A stretch of 64,000 nucleotides of DNA from Clostridia bacterium (lineage in GTDB: Bacteria; Bacillota; Clostridia; RGIG6154). The notes under the pieces were generated by a model. That model was not told where the DNA came from. It saw only the letters and a list, made by a program, of their open reading frames with translations, and searched no databases. The DNA lies in assembly GCA_045593265.1 (NCBI GenBank), contig JAZNWH010000129.1, positions 4,646 through 68,645 on the forward strand. The letters are read 5' to 3'. How positions within the stretch are numbered: the stretch's first letter is position 1; each line of letters opens with the position of its first letter. Shown here piece by piece: positions 39,013 to 49,899 of this stretch. The translations under genes and the position numbers were made by a program.

Positions 39013-40126
39013 ATGTTTTTCCTCCGATCGTTTGTAAATAAATATTTTCAATATTCTGTGCATTTATTCTTGCAGTGTATTTTTCGTTATACAGCTTTAT
39101 TGCACCACTGGAAAGATTTTTATATAATTCTTTATCTTCAATGAGCTTAATCATTTTTTCTGCAAGCTGCACTGAATTTTTAGTTTCAAAAAGCATACCG
39201 TTTACACCTTCTTCAACAAGCTCCGGATTACCTCCGTAGCAAGATGCAATAATAGGTTTACCGAGGCTCATTCCCTCAAGAAGTGAAAGGCTTGTTGCCT
39301 CTGTCCCGTATGAAGCATTTACATTTACGTCAATAACATTCATAACACTTGTTACATCTTTAATATAACCTGTAAACAACACCTTTTCACCAAGAGACAG
39401 TTCATCAGCTCTTTTTTTCAGTTCATCAAGGTATGCACCTGTTCCACATATCATAAATTTGACATTCTGGTATTTTTTAAGGATTTCAGATGCTGCTTCA
39501 AGAAAATACATATGCCCCTTTATAGCTTCAACTCTTGCTATCATAGCAAAAACAAATTCATCCTTTATTCCGTAAAACTCTTTTGCCTGAAGCATTTGCT
39601 GGTCATCGTATTTTGGAAGTTGCTTTACACCGTTTTTGATTACTGTAATCTTTTTGTCTTTAACACCGATTTCGGTAAGATTATCTTTTGCAGCTTGTGC
39701 TACTGCAATAATTTTGTTTGAAGTCAGATTATTTACAGTTCCTGCTACAAGCTTTCCTATTCCTTTTGTAAGTGATTTTTTATTTGGAAACACACTGTGT
39801 CTTGTACTTACAACAGGGATAAAGCATAATTTAGCGGCTATTCTTGCTGCAAGACAAGCATGAGCATGTACCAAGTCAGGTTTTTGTTCCCTGAAAATTT
39901 TTATCAGGTTTTTCACAGCCTCTTTTGAAAATGATGTGTCCGTTATTCCTTCAGTTTCTATACATTCAGTTGCTGTTGACTGTATATAAGGAATTAACGC
40001 ACTGTCTTTGGGTAACACAACTTTTACATCAAATTTTTCTCTGTCATAATTTTCAAGAAAGGTTATTATACATCTGCCTGCTCCACCTATGTTGTGATCA
40101 CTCGTTATATTTAAAACCTTAATCAT
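38999..40126 (-). CDS. GT-B glycosyltransferase family 4
   Basis: IGGAG, ARVEAIKGH, EATSLSLLEGM. Confidence 0.9.
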   Translation of the reverse strand: MIKVLNITSDHNIGGAGRCIITFLENYDREKFDVKVVLPKDSALIPYIQSTATECIETEGITDTSFSKEAVKNLIKIFREQKPDLVHAHACLAARIAAKLCFIPVVSTRHSVFPNKKSLTKGIGKLVAGTVNNLTSNKIIAVAQAAKDNLTEIGVKDKKITVIKNGVKQLPKYDDQQMLQAKEFYGIKDEFVFAMIARVEAIKGHMYFLEAASEILKKYQNVKFMICGTGAYLDELKKRADELSLGEKVLFTGYIKDVTSVMNVIDVNVNASYGTEATSLSLLEGMSLGKPIIASCYGGNPELVEEGVNGMLFETKNSVQLAEKMIKLIEDKELYKNLSSGAIKLYNEKYTARINAQNIENIYLQTIGGKTYVRK

Positions 40127-41960
40127 CACATTTCTCCTTTCTGTACACGTTATATACACTTGCACCTATGGCAACAAAAATCCAGAAAAGTAAAAATACT
40201 CTGTAATTGTACCATACATTGTCAAACATTCCCTGAACAAGGAATCCTGTAACAGCACTGCCTGTTGCTGCTGCAATAACTTTCAGTTCCTTGTTTTGAG
40301 TATATTTAATAACGTGCAAAAGCTTATTGAAAAGAGTAAGTACAACAGTAACTAAAACAATTATACCTATTATACCTGTTTCTGCAAAAACCAGAAGATA
40401 CAAGTTATGCGGATGAGGTGCCGTTATCGCTGAGTAAGCATATCTTGGATACACAGCATTAAAAGCATCGCTGCCGACACCAATACCCGTTAACCAGAAA
40501 TCCTTAAGCATTTCAACAGTTCCGTTCCATATAAACACACGGTATGAGGTGGAACTGTCTGCAAGATTGCCTACACTTAATATTCTGCTTATAATAGATT
40601 CCGGCAGGAAAAATATTGATATAACACCTGCTATTGCAGCAATTCCCAAAAGTTTTTTGTTGACAAAAAACAAAAACACACAAACTGCAATAACAAGACC
40701 AATCCAACAGCCTCTTGAATAAGTAAATATCATTGATGCTCCCAATACTGCAAGGGCAACCACATACACTGCCTTTAATGAATATTTTTTGGATATAAAC
40801 ACCAATGCAAGACAAAACATAAATAAAAGTATTATATATTCCCCAAAAACATTTGGGTTATCGAAAAAAGAAACTACACGTCCTTTGATTTCCTCAAACA
40901 TCTCACTGTCAAGCCATGTATTCTCATTATCAAAGCCTGTTAACTTCTGATAAACTCCGTAGATACCTACAGGAATAGATGCAATACCCATTGACGAAAT
41001 AAACAATACCAACTTTTTAGTTGAGTCCACTACCTTACTTATAACAAAATAAGAAAGCATAAATGCAATATACACCAATGAAATTTTAAGACTTGAAGTT
41101 ACATTTACAGAAAATACAGTTCCAATTACGTACACTATACACATAAATATAACATACAAATTGAGGACTGACCCTTTTATTTTAAAGCTGTACTTACCTG
41201 TTATATATTTTACAATTATACACATAACAAGTGCTAAAGAGCCTGCTACCATAACCATAGTAGGTAAAAAAGGAAGCATGGCTGCAAAAAGAAGAGTTAC
41301 TGTATATGTAGAATAAAGTGCAACAACCCCGCAAATTACTAAAAACAATAAGGCAAGAACAGGCAAAAGACCTGTTAACACAGATATTACACCCACGATA
41401 ACACCTGAAAAAATATATACATGAGGATTGTAGCCAAAGCTTTCTTCATTTAACGGTTTAACTCCCGCAAGCCTGCATAAAAACGAGTTATTAACCATAT
41501 TCGCTATGTTTTTATTGTATAATATGCCAAATGCACTTAATAAACACAAAAATACATAAAAAGCCATAACAACGGCACCGGGGTAATCGACAACCGACCA
41601 AAATACTCCTATAACACCCCATGGCAATAAGAACAGAGAAAATGCCCTTAGAGAAATATTAAGAAAATTATTGCAGAAATCTTCAAAAAAACCTACAAAG
41701 CTTGAGTTATGAGTCATATTCTTTATAAAGCCAAAGGGCTTTAACACAACTCCAATAACCTTGAAAAGCCATCCTGTTACAGCATCATATTTATTGTCCG
41801 AGCTGTCATAAGCTGTAAAAAAATTTGTAATTATTCCTGTTTCCACACTTTTGGTATACCATACCGATATTTTTTCACATAATGCACCTATAAGACTGTT
41901 TTTATATAAGTTAATCATTAGAGATTTTAGTTTAATAAACACCGAATGCAACCTGTTCAA
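40119..41960 (-). CDS. O-antigen ligase/polymerase family membrane protein
   Basis: FDNPNVFGEY, TYSRGCW, SYRVFIW, HPHNLYL. Confidence 0.85.
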   Translation of the reverse strand: MNRLHSVFIKLKSLMINLYKNSLIGALCEKISVWYTKSVETGIITNFFTAYDSSDNKYDAVTGWLFKVIGVVLKPFGFIKNMTHNSSFVGFFEDFCNNFLNISLRAFSLFLLPWGVIGVFWSVVDYPGAVVMAFYVFLCLLSAFGILYNKNIANMVNNSFLCRLAGVKPLNEESFGYNPHVYIFSGVIVGVISVLTGLLPVLALLFLVICGVVALYSTYTVTLLFAAMLPFLPTMVMVAGSLALVMCIIVKYITGKYSFKIKGSVLNLYVIFMCIVYVIGTVFSVNVTSSLKISLVYIAFMLSYFVISKVVDSTKKLVLFISSMGIASIPVGIYGVYQKLTGFDNENTWLDSEMFEEIKGRVVSFFDNPNVFGEYIILLFMFCLALVFISKKYSLKAVYVVALAVLGASMIFTYSRGCWIGLVIAVCVFLFFVNKKLLGIAAIAGVISIFFLPESIISRILSVGNLADSSTSYRVFIWNGTVEMLKDFWLTGIGVGSDAFNAVYPRYAYSAITAPHPHNLYLLVFAETGIIGIIVLVTVVLTLFNKLLHVIKYTQNKELKVIAAATGSAVTGFLVQGMFDNVWYNYRVFLLFWIFVAIGASVYNVYRKEKCDD

Positions 41961-41961
41961 T

Positions 41962-43497
41962 CTATTTCCCCCTCTTTAGCATTTGAATTTCTTTTGTTTT
42001 TAATATAGCTAACATAATAACATAAATCACAACACACAAAATTCCGCAAACTCCCAAAGCTGTAAGTTTGAAAATTGTACCTTTTTCTGCAAAATTACTT
42101 AACAAACCGTATACTCCCCTTACAAATGCTAATGCAACTGCAGAAGAAAGTATACTTTTTATAAAGCATACAAGTATCGTTTTTAAACTGAAAAAAGAAT
42201 TTTCTTTTTTCATAAACAGCATCATTATAACTGCTCCTGTTGTTGCAGCAACAGATACAGACAAAGCTAGTCCACCTATTCCCATTAATTTACTTAAAAT
42301 AACACTTAGTGTAAAATTAACAACAATAGTTATAAAAGCAGTTTTCATTGGTATCTTTGACTTCTGCATCGCATAAAAGCTTTTATTAAGTATTTCCTGA
42401 ATACCATATCCAATCATACCCAAGCTATAGTAAAATAAAGCAGTTGAAGTAAGAAATGTAGAACTTTCGTCAAAGGCACCTCTTTGATATATTATTTCTA
42501 TAATCTGAACTCTGAACACTAAAAACATTACTACAACAGGTGCAAGAAACAAAATTGACGCTTTAACGGAATTGGCTGTTACTTCTGCACACTTTTCCCT
42601 ATCACCTGCTACATAAAGCCTTGAAAGTTCAGGCAAAATAAGATTTGTTACCGACGTTGTAAACACACCTGCTATGATAAGGTACAGCCTGTTTGCATAA
42701 TTAATTGCCGACACAGCAGCACCTTCGTTTAAGAAAGATGCCAAATAAGTATTTATCATTACATTAAGAGGCTGGACCCAGGAACTTATAAACACAGGTA
42801 ATGCCAGTTTATAAACCTTTTTCATTCCCTCATCTTTAAAGTCAATACTTATGTTAAATTTATACTGACGTTTTATTAACGGAACAATCAAAATAGCAAG
42901 CTGTAAAATCCAACCTATAAGCATTGCTGTTGCAAGTCCCATAACCCCGAATTTGTCATTAAACAAAAACAAATACAGTATAGCAACCAAATTGGAAACA
43001 ATACTCATTGCAGCAGGAATTTTAAACTCTCCGTATGATTGCAAAATACCTGCATAACAGTAAGCTACTGCAGTAAATATCATTGACGGAAATAAAATTT
43101 TAAGAAGCATTGACGCAAGATGGGCGGTATTTATATCATCCTTAATTCCTCTGGCTACTATCGAAATAAGTGATGATGAAAATACAACACCTAAAACCGA
43201 CACAACAAAAGATATAAGAAATACAGCTCCTATAAATTTGCCCGCAAAGCTATTTGCCTCCTTGTCTCCTTTAAGCTGTCTGTATTCATTAAAAACAGGA
43301 ACAAAGGCTGACATAATTGCCATCCCTAAAATAATATCAAAAAAATTGAGAGGAATCTGCGAAGCAGTCAGAAATGCAGTAGCCTGATACCCCGTTCCGT
43401 AGAATGAAGCAAAAACCATTTCACGGTATTGTCCCAACAGCTTTGATATAAGTATTATTATAAATATATTTCCTACTGTTTTTACAGGATTTTTCAT
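41962..43497 (-). CDS. murJ: Lipid II / polysaccharide flippase MurJ (MviN)
   Basis: SKLLGQYREM, AFVPVF, YQRGAF. Confidence 0.9.
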   Translation of the reverse strand: MKNPVKTVGNIFIIILISKLLGQYREMVFASFYGTGYQATAFLTASQIPLNFFDIILGMAIMSAFVPVFNEYRQLKGDKEANSFAGKFIGAVFLISFVVSVLGVVFSSSLISIVARGIKDDINTAHLASMLLKILFPSMIFTAVAYCYAGILQSYGEFKIPAAMSIVSNLVAILYLFLFNDKFGVMGLATAMLIGWILQLAILIVPLIKRQYKFNISIDFKDEGMKKVYKLALPVFISSWVQPLNVMINTYLASFLNEGAAVSAINYANRLYLIIAGVFTTSVTNLILPELSRLYVAGDREKCAEVTANSVKASILFLAPVVVMFLVFRVQIIEIIYQRGAFDESSTFLTSTALFYYSLGMIGYGIQEILNKSFYAMQKSKIPMKTAFITIVVNFTLSVILSKLMGIGGLALSVSVAATTGAVIMMLFMKKENSFFSLKTILVCFIKSILSSAVALAFVRGVYGLLSNFAEKGTIFKLTALGVCGILCVVIYVIMLAILKTKEIQMLKRGK

Positions 43498-43541
43498 AAA
43501 TTAAACCAAAACAAACAGACTTAGCTTGCTAAGTCTGTTTG

Positions 43542-43805
43542 TTATTCTCCGACGTAAAATTTGATTATTTCTTCCAGTAATTCATCTCTTTCAAGTCTTC
43601 TTACTGCACTTCTTGCATTCATATAGCTTGTTATATAGGTCGGATCTCCTGAAAGGAAATATCCCACAATCTGATTTACCGGATTATACCCTTTCTCCTT
43701 AAGTGCATTATAAACAAGATTCATAATTTCTCTTGCCTGCTCCTTCTGATCTCTGGGTAATTGAAATTTTGTTGTCTGATTCTCCATGCAAATCACTCCT
43801 TGCAA
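43542..43805 (-). CDS. ireB: IreB/ReoM family regulatory phosphoprotein
   Basis: [30 protein letters not shown]. Confidence 0.93.
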   Translation of the reverse strand: MQGVICMENQTTKFQLPRDQKEQAREIMNLVYNALKEKGYNPVNQIVGYFLSGDPTYITSYMNARSAVRRLERDELLEEIIKFYVGE

Positions 43806-43875
43806 TAATATCTAATATAGTATAACATACTTTTATCAATCTTTCAAGCAAAGAAGTATTATTTTCACAATTTTA

Positions 43876-44295
43876 TTATCTCTTCTTTTTCTTTTTATTT
43901 ACTCCTGCTATTCCTCCAATCATCCCCAAAACAACAGATAACAACATTTTTATTACAAAATCAAGTCCGAAAGACGGTGCAGATACACTAATTACCGATA
44001 TAACCACCACTCCATAGTAACATAAAGTTGCAATCAAGCCATTAAACCAACCTTTTTTTCTTTGGCTGACCGATGCCAGAAAACCACAAACCACACAGGA
44101 GACATAATATAAAACATTAACGACCTTCTCTGCTGTTTCTGCACCCAGTGGTCCGTAAACCACCAAAGCAGACAATACAAGCATCCCGATAATAAGTACA
44201 AAATATGCCGTAACAACAGAAAAAATAACATTCCTTACCGAAATGTTATTTTTATCCTTTGTGTCATTTAATTGAAAATATTTTACAGTTGCCAT
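43876..44295 (-). CDS. TIGR04086/DUF3792-type membrane protein
   Basis: 4 TM; KKGWFNG and GMIGGIAGVN. Confidence 0.75.
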   Translation of the reverse strand: MATVKYFQLNDTKDKNNISVRNVIFSVVTAYFVLIIGMLVLSALVVYGPLGAETAEKVVNVLYYVSCVVCGFLASVSQRKKGWFNGLIATLCYYGVVVISVISVSAPSFGLDFVIKMLLSVVLGMIGGIAGVNKKKKKR

Positions 44296-44337
44296 ACATT
44301 CACCTCTTAAAAAAAGAGTATGCCGGCATTGTTTGTA

Positions 44338-44658
44338 TTATTCCTGATTTTCTTCTGTATCTTCAATAGCTTCTTCCTGAGCGCTTGCTGCATTTTCATC
44401 TGTCTTTTCAACGCTTCTTACTGCCCAGTCATCAATCTTAACCTTGTTATCGCCAACCATTGCAGTAATAACGCCGTTTTTGCTTGATACTACTTTTGCG
44501 TGAAAACCACCGATAGTAATAATCTTATCACCTTTTTTAAGTGAAGCAATCATATTCTTCTGTTCTTTGTCCTTCTTTTTCTGCGGTCTGATAAGAACAA
44601 AATAAAATACTGCAATAATTACAATAAAGTACAATATCATACCTGCTGAACCTTCCAT
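44338..44658 (-). CDS. yajC: Preprotein translocase subunit YajC
   Basis: FYFVLIRPQKK, LKKGDKIITIGG. Confidence 0.93.
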   Translation of the reverse strand: MEGSAGMILYFIVIIAVFYFVLIRPQKKKDKEQKNMIASLKKGDKIITIGGFHAKVVSSKNGVITAMVGDNKVKIDDWAVRSVEKTDENAASAQEEAIEDTEENQE

Positions 44659-44745
44659 AGCAAATTCTCCTTTTTCTTTTATATTTCCATATTTGTACGG
44701 ATAAACTTAATTATACATTAAATTCCTTTTTTATGCAAGTATATT

Positions 44746-45729
44746 TTATAAATTTTCACTCTGTTTTATTCGTCTTATATCGTTACCGTAAAATTCTACA
44801 GGAATATAGTCGCCGAAGAGTCTTGAGGTTATTCTTGATGAGTAGATTTTCTCTAATTCTTCAGGTCCTAAATTAGTATTTATTATTGTCTTCTTACCTG
44901 AATTAAGTCTTGTATTAACCAAATCAAACAAAACTTCTGCTGTATAAGAAGTAATAAATTCTGTACCCAAATCATCAATTACAAGCAAATCCACATCGTA
45001 GGCATTATCTGTATGAAATTTTATAAGTTCATCTTTTTCTCCGTCGAACTTAATTTTATCAAACATTGAAAAAATCTTATATGCCGACTGGTAAAAAACA
45101 CTTGCACCTTTATCCATTACTTTTTTTGCTATGCAACTTGAAAGAAAGGTTTTGCCAAGACCTGTACCACCGTAAAAAAGCAAATTCGGGCTTTCAGCAG
45201 AAAAGTTTTCTGCATATTCACAACACATCTTCTTTACTGAACTCATTATGCGTCTGGGAGACGGATTGCCTTCATCACTGTAATAGTTAAGATTAAAGGT
45301 ATCAAAAGATTGCTTGTCCATAACAAGAGGCAGATTTGAATTTTTATGTATTTCTTCAACTATTCTTTTTTCGAAACAAGAACACATTTTCCCATCTGAA
45401 AAGCCGTTATCATTACACAATGAGCAAATTACATCTTCCTCAAGATAGTCCTCAGAATAACCATTTTTCACAAGCAATTCTTTTTTATATACATTAAGCC
45501 TCTTGCTTTCTTCTCTGAATATTTTCAAATTTTCTTCAGGTGATGTTTTATTCGCCAAAGCACGGGTAAATTTAACTGCAAGCATAGAAATTTCTCTGTC
45601 TGTTTCTGCGATTTCAGGAATTCTTTCATAAATTTCCGAAATGCGTTCACTATGTCTTATTTTCTTTGTATTGGCTAAATTTTCATAATATTCTTTTACG
45701 GTTCTGTATACTTTATCAGGATATCTCAT
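44746..45729 (-). CDS. DnaC/DnaI-like replication helicase loader ATPase
   Basis: CSLCNDNG...CSC; GGTGLGKTFL; IDDLGTE. Confidence 0.88.
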   Translation of the reverse strand: MRYPDKVYRTVKEYYENLANTKKIRHSERISEIYERIPEIAETDREISMLAVKFTRALANKTSPEENLKIFREESKRLNVYKKELLVKNGYSEDYLEEDVICSLCNDNGFSDGKMCSCFEKRIVEEIHKNSNLPLVMDKQSFDTFNLNYYSDEGNPSPRRIMSSVKKMCCEYAENFSAESPNLLFYGGTGLGKTFLSSCIAKKVMDKGASVFYQSAYKIFSMFDKIKFDGEKDELIKFHTDNAYDVDLLVIDDLGTEFITSYTAEVLFDLVNTRLNSGKKTIINTNLGPEELEKIYSSRITSRLFGDYIPVEFYGNDIRRIKQSENL

Positions 45730-46652
45730 TTATTTTCACTCTCTTCATAATTTTTTCCCAAAAGTCTTTCCAATGATTTTTTCCTTATGTCGTCAAAATC
45801 AGTTGTACCTTGCTGAAAATTATTAAAACCTGTTTTCTTCACTATTGGCTTTATTTCTCCTGCAGCAGGGTCATTTAATATCTTGTCTGTATATGCAAAA
45901 GAAATTTTCCCTGTTTTTTCCACTGCAGTTTCGTAAGCCTTAAGAATTTCGTCATCAGTAAATTTTTCTGTCCATTTGGCAATATATTCCCGTTCTTTTT
46001 TGATAAGATTTCTGCCATAAATTCCCAGCATCATTTTTATATGTTCGCATTTTTCGTCTCTTAATTCCTGTTGCCGGATATACTCGTTTGCTTTTGAAAC
46101 AGTATCAATTTCTCTTTCTTTCCAGTCAACTGCACATTTTTCAAGATATCCCATTGAAGTCTTGCCCTTTCCTGCAAGATAGAACATAAGTATACTTATA
46201 ACATCAGCACCAAGTCCTGTCCAGTTGTAAACACTTAAAAGAGAATTAACCATTCCTTCGTTAAGACTTTTTCCGTACGCCTGTTCTGCAGATTCACAAA
46301 GCTCCTTAAAAATCTTATCGTCAACACAATTTAAATCGTCAACACAAAAAGAGCGTGAACAAACCGACTTTTCTTCTTTTGCACATACAGGTAAAAGAAG
46401 AATTTTATTTTTAGAAATTTTTATAATTCCCATCTGTTCTATTTTATTAAGGGCATCAAACACCAATGATATTTCCACCCCTGTCTTTGCAGCAATAATA
46501 TCAACATCTGTATCAGTATTATTATGGCACAACATAAAAACATAAAGACATACCTTAAGCTCTGTTTCACTCAGCAAACGCATATCGTTTCTGATAAAGC
46601 TTTCAGGTATTACGATGTTGCCGCTATAACCTTCTTTTATTGTGAAAAACAC
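45726..46652 (-). CDS. DnaD-domain protein
   Basis: Two DnaD-like repeats (YLEKCAVDW, SFAYTDKIL); operon with the DnaC-like gene. Confidence 0.8.
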   Translation of the reverse strand: MFFTIKEGYSGNIVIPESFIRNDMRLLSETELKVCLYVFMLCHNNTDTDVDIIAAKTGVEISLVFDALNKIEQMGIIKISKNKILLLPVCAKEEKSVCSRSFCVDDLNCVDDKIFKELCESAEQAYGKSLNEGMVNSLLSVYNWTGLGADVISILMFYLAGKGKTSMGYLEKCAVDWKEREIDTVSKANEYIRQQELRDEKCEHIKMMLGIYGRNLIKKEREYIAKWTEKFTDDEILKAYETAVEKTGKISFAYTDKILNDPAAGEIKPIVKKTGFNNFQQGTTDFDDIRKKSLERLLGKNYEESENK

Positions 46653-46712
46653 TATTTTGCCCCCTTTTTATAAAATTATAACACAAATATTCAAAAAAAT
46701 ACACCCTTTTTC

Positions 46713-46741
46713 TTGACATTTATTAAAAAAAAAGTTAAAAT
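46713..46741 (+). promoter_or_regulatory. Sigma-A-type promoter of rny
   Basis: TTGACA-17 nt-TAAAAT. Confidence 0.6.
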
Positions 46742-46786
46742 AGTTAGTGTATTTGTGTACTAAGTTCTTTTATGTGTATATAATTA

Positions 46787-48358
46787 ATGTTAAATATTTA
46801 CAGGGAGGTGTTGTTTATCCAGATATTAATTACAATTGCAATTGCTGTTGTTACTGCCATTGTTGCTTTTTTCGCAGGCAGTTTATATAGAAAAAAAGTT
46901 GCCGAAGCAAAAGTTGGCGGTGCAGAACAACAAGCAAAAAACATAGTTAACGATGCAATCAAAGCTGCTGAAAGCAAAAAGCGTGAAATTTTGCTTGAAG
47001 CAAAAGAAGAAACACATAATTTAAAATCTGAATTAGACAAGGAAATCAAAGAAAGACGCAGTGAAATTCAGCGTCAGGAACGCAGAAATCAGCAAAAAGA
47101 AGAATCTTTGGATAAAAAATCCGAAAGTCTTGACAAAAAAGATGAGTTACTTAACCAAAAGCTCAAAGAAGCTGATGAAATTAAAGAACAGGTAAACAAG
47201 ACACTGGCAGAAGAAATTGAAAAGCTTGAAAAAATTTCAGGGCTTTCCTCAGCAGAAGCTAAAGAATATCTTCTCAAAAATATGGAAAGCGAAATCAAGC
47301 ATGAAGCAGCTATTATGATTAAAGACATTGAAGCCAATGTCAAAGAAGAATCAGAAAAGCGCGCAAGAAATATTTTAAGCGCTGCTATTCAAAGATGTGC
47401 TGCAGACCATGTTGCAGAATCAACTGTATCTGTTGTTGCACTTCCAAGCGATGACATGAAGGGCAGAATTATCGGACGTGAGGGCAGAAACATCAGAACA
47501 CTTGAAACAATGACAGGCATTGACCTGATAATTGATGACACTCCTGAAGCTGTTGTTATTTCAGGCTTTGACCCAATAAGAAGAGAAGTGGCGAGAGTAG
47601 CTCTTGAAAAGTTAATCTCAGATGGCAGAATTCATCCTGCACGTATTGAAGAAACTGTAGAAAGAGCAAAAAGAGATGTTGACAGCACCATAAAAGAAGA
47701 GGGTGAAAAAGCAACCTTTGATACCGGTGTTCATGGTCTTCATCCTGATATCATTAAGCTCCTTGGTAAGCTTAAGTACAGAACAAGCTACGGACAGAAT
47801 GTTTTAAAACACTCCATTGAGGTATCACAGATTTCAGGACTTCTTGCAACTGAACTTGGTGTTGATACTGCAATGGCAAAAAGAGCAGGTCTTTTACACG
47901 ATATTGGTAAAGCTGTTGACCACGAAATTGAAGGTTCGCATATTGATATCGGCGTTGACATTTTAAGAAAATACAAAGAAAATCCACAAATCATCCACGC
48001 TGTACACGCCCATCACGGAGATGTGGAAGCTACAAGTGATTTAGCATTTATTGTACAGGCTGCTGACTCAATATCAGCTGCAAGACCCGGTGCAAGACGT
48101 GAAAACATTGAAACTTATATTAAACGTCTTGAAAAGCTTGAAGAAATTGCAAATGACTTTGACGGTGTTGAACACTCATTTGCTATTCAGGCAGGCCGTG
48201 AAATCAGAATTATGGTTAAACCTGATCAAATTGGTGATGACGATGTTATAATTCTTGCAAGAAATATTGTAAAAAGAATTGAAAGTGAACTTGAATATCC
48301 CGGTCAGATTAAGGTTAACGTAATAAGAGAAACACGTGCTATTGACTACGCAAAATAA
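46787..48358 (+). CDS. rny: Ribonuclease Y (true start probably about 46811-46817)
   Basis: TM, coiled coil, KH ([14 protein letters not shown]), HD (LLHDIGK). Confidence 0.97.
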   Translation: MLNIYREVLFIQILITIAIAVVTAIVAFFAGSLYRKKVAEAKVGGAEQQAKNIVNDAIKAAESKKREILLEAKEETHNLKSELDKEIKERRSEIQRQERRNQQKEESLDKKSESLDKKDELLNQKLKEADEIKEQVNKTLAEEIEKLEKISGLSSAEAKEYLLKNMESEIKHEAAIMIKDIEANVKEESEKRARNILSAAIQRCAADHVAESTVSVVALPSDDMKGRIIGREGRNIRTLETMTGIDLIIDDTPEAVVISGFDPIRREVARVALEKLISDGRIHPARIEETVERAKRDVDSTIKEEGEKATFDTGVHGLHPDIIKLLGKLKYRTSYGQNVLKHSIEVSQISGLLATELGVDTAMAKRAGLLHDIGKAVDHEIEGSHIDIGVDILRKYKENPQIIHAVHAHHGDVEATSDLAFIVQAADSISAARPGARRENIETYIKRLEKLEEIANDFDGVEHSFAIQAGREIRIMVKPDQIGDDDVIILARNIVKRIESELEYPGQIKVNVIRETRAIDYAK

Positions 48359-48361
48359 TAG

Positions 48362-48391
48362 AAAAAAACGGTTGGTCATCCAACCGTTTTT
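48362..48391. terminator. Bidirectional terminator
   Basis: AAAAAACGGTTGG-tcat-CCAACCGTTTTTT. Confidence 0.75.
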
Positions 48392-49539
48392 TGATTTATT
48401 TCCGTTACTATATCTACTACCTTTGAAAGAATGTTTTCCATATCGTTAAGCCTATTTGCAATTTGTAAGAGTATTTGAGAGGTGTTATCATTTTCTATTG
48501 CTCTTTTGATACTTTTAATCTCCTCTGAAACACTTTTTGTTTCATTTTTGGTTACTCCTGCAAACTTTTCTATATTGTTATCATCTTCTGTATTATGTAA
48601 TTTTCTGCGATAATTGAGATAATCATTTTCTTTGCCAAACAACCTCTTATATTCGTTTCCTTTTTTAAATGCATAGGTGTAAATGTAGTTACTATCATTA
48701 AAATCAAAGTCCTTTTGACCTGATATTTTTACGAGCATATATTTTTCAAAACCATCACAATGAAGATAATTTACATTATCCCACCTCTCATCCTTAAATT
48801 TACTTGCCAGTAATTTACCATAATACTCAAACACACAAACGACACTTTCTTCGTTATTTAGAAGACAACACTGAACCGACTTTGACAAAGACGATGCAAC
48901 CACAGCTGAATCAACTATAACTTTATATGTATTTGAATTTTTGACACAACAGGCAATATGTTTATTATTTCCTTTATCCAGACACATACTTATATGGTAG
49001 ACCTTTTCTTCAAGTGTCATAATTCTTTCTCTGCTTTCCCATCTTTTGGACTTCCACACATATACTGCTGTTTGCAGTGTTTCTCCATTGGTATATGCTA
49101 TATGTATATTTCGTTTTTCATCTTTAACAATACAAAAATTTATTTCGTTTTCACTTTCGCATATAACATCGGGATTTGTTCTGCTACCAAATATTTGATG
49201 AACAAGCAGGTATTTTTCATTATGTTTTAAAACATAAAATCCACAAAGCCAATTGTTGTTGCTTATCAATGTTATATTGTGATTATAATTTTCATTTTTA
49301 GTTGATTCTAAAACACATTCTCTGTCCCATATTCCATTATATGCTGACACATAAAGATTTCCTTTGGTTTGTGTCATTACATACAACACACCATTTTCGC
49401 TTACAGCAACATCAAAATCATCCATATCACATTCACAGACTGTTTCACATATTTGCCTATCAGGTCTATAACACTTAAGAGCCCCATCGTCTGAAAAAAA
49501 TTCCCATATTCCATTGGTATCATAAACAAGTTTTTTCAT
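48376..49539 (-). CDS. Hypothetical protein (beta-rich repeats, C-terminal coiled coil), possibly sporulation-specific
   Basis: 387-aa ORF with GGAGG RBS; sigma-E-like promoter upstream. Confidence 0.7.
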   Translation of the reverse strand: MKKLVYDTNGIWEFFSDDGALKCYRPDRQICETVCECDMDDFDVAVSENGVLYVMTQTKGNLYVSAYNGIWDRECVLESTKNENYNHNITLISNNNWLCGFYVLKHNEKYLLVHQIFGSRTNPDVICESENEINFCIVKDEKRNIHIAYTNGETLQTAVYVWKSKRWESRERIMTLEEKVYHISMCLDKGNNKHIACCVKNSNTYKVIVDSAVVASSLSKSVQCCLLNNEESVVCVFEYYGKLLASKFKDERWDNVNYLHCDGFEKYMLVKISGQKDFDFNDSNYIYTYAFKKGNEYKRLFGKENDYLNYRRKLHNTEDDNNIEKFAGVTKNETKSVSEEIKSIKRAIENDNTSQILLQIANRLNDMENILSKVVDIVTEINQKTVG

Positions 49540-49559
49540 ACAAATTCCTCCAATAGTAT

Positions 49560-49588
49560 ACTTTATGAATTTAAATCTATTATTATAC
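49560..49588 (-). promoter_or_regulatory. Sigma-E-like promoter
   Basis: GTATAAT-14 nt-CATAAAGT on the minus strand. Confidence 0.45.
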
Positions 49589-49593
49589 TTTGT

Positions 49594-49620
49594 AACATTT
49601 TATAAAACTCAACATAGTAT
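49594..49620 (+). promoter_or_regulatory. Sigma-K-like promoter of the split gene
   Basis: AC (49595-49596)-16 nt-CATAGTAT. Confidence 0.45.
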
Positions 49621-49656
49621 GTATTGGGTGAAGCAATATTTCAAGGAGGTAAAAAT

Positions 49657-49871
49657 ATGAACAGAGAGGTTACTCCCGGTCCTATCACTAATGGAGGAAA
49701 CTGTATTAAGGAAGCAGTGTGTATACACACAGATAAAGTTTATGATTCCTGCAGAGATAAAGAGTGTCTTCAGGATTTAAGAGTTTATTTTACAGTTCCT
49801 GATCAGGCTATTATCGATGCCTCATCAAGTGTAAAAATCACAAACGCAGAAGTTTTATGGGTATACACAGA
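49657..49871 (+). CDS. 5' segment of the interrupted Cys-rich putative spore coat/exosporium gene
   Basis: AAGGAGGT RBS; MNREV...EAVCIHTDKVYDSCRDKEC...WVYT; joins in frame to 57171-57783. Confidence 0.85.
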
Positions 49872-49881
49872 GGTGTATCTT
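49863..49881 (+). other. attL recombination site
   Basis: ATACACAGA core (49863-49871) followed by the GGTGTATCTTT arm. Confidence 0.85.
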
Positions 49882-49899
49882 TTTACCAACTCTTTATCA

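Noticed and set aside
44746-45729. IS21 IstB transposition helper
   Set aside because: No IstA or terminal repeats; it is paired with a DnaD-domain gene as a chromosomal replication module.
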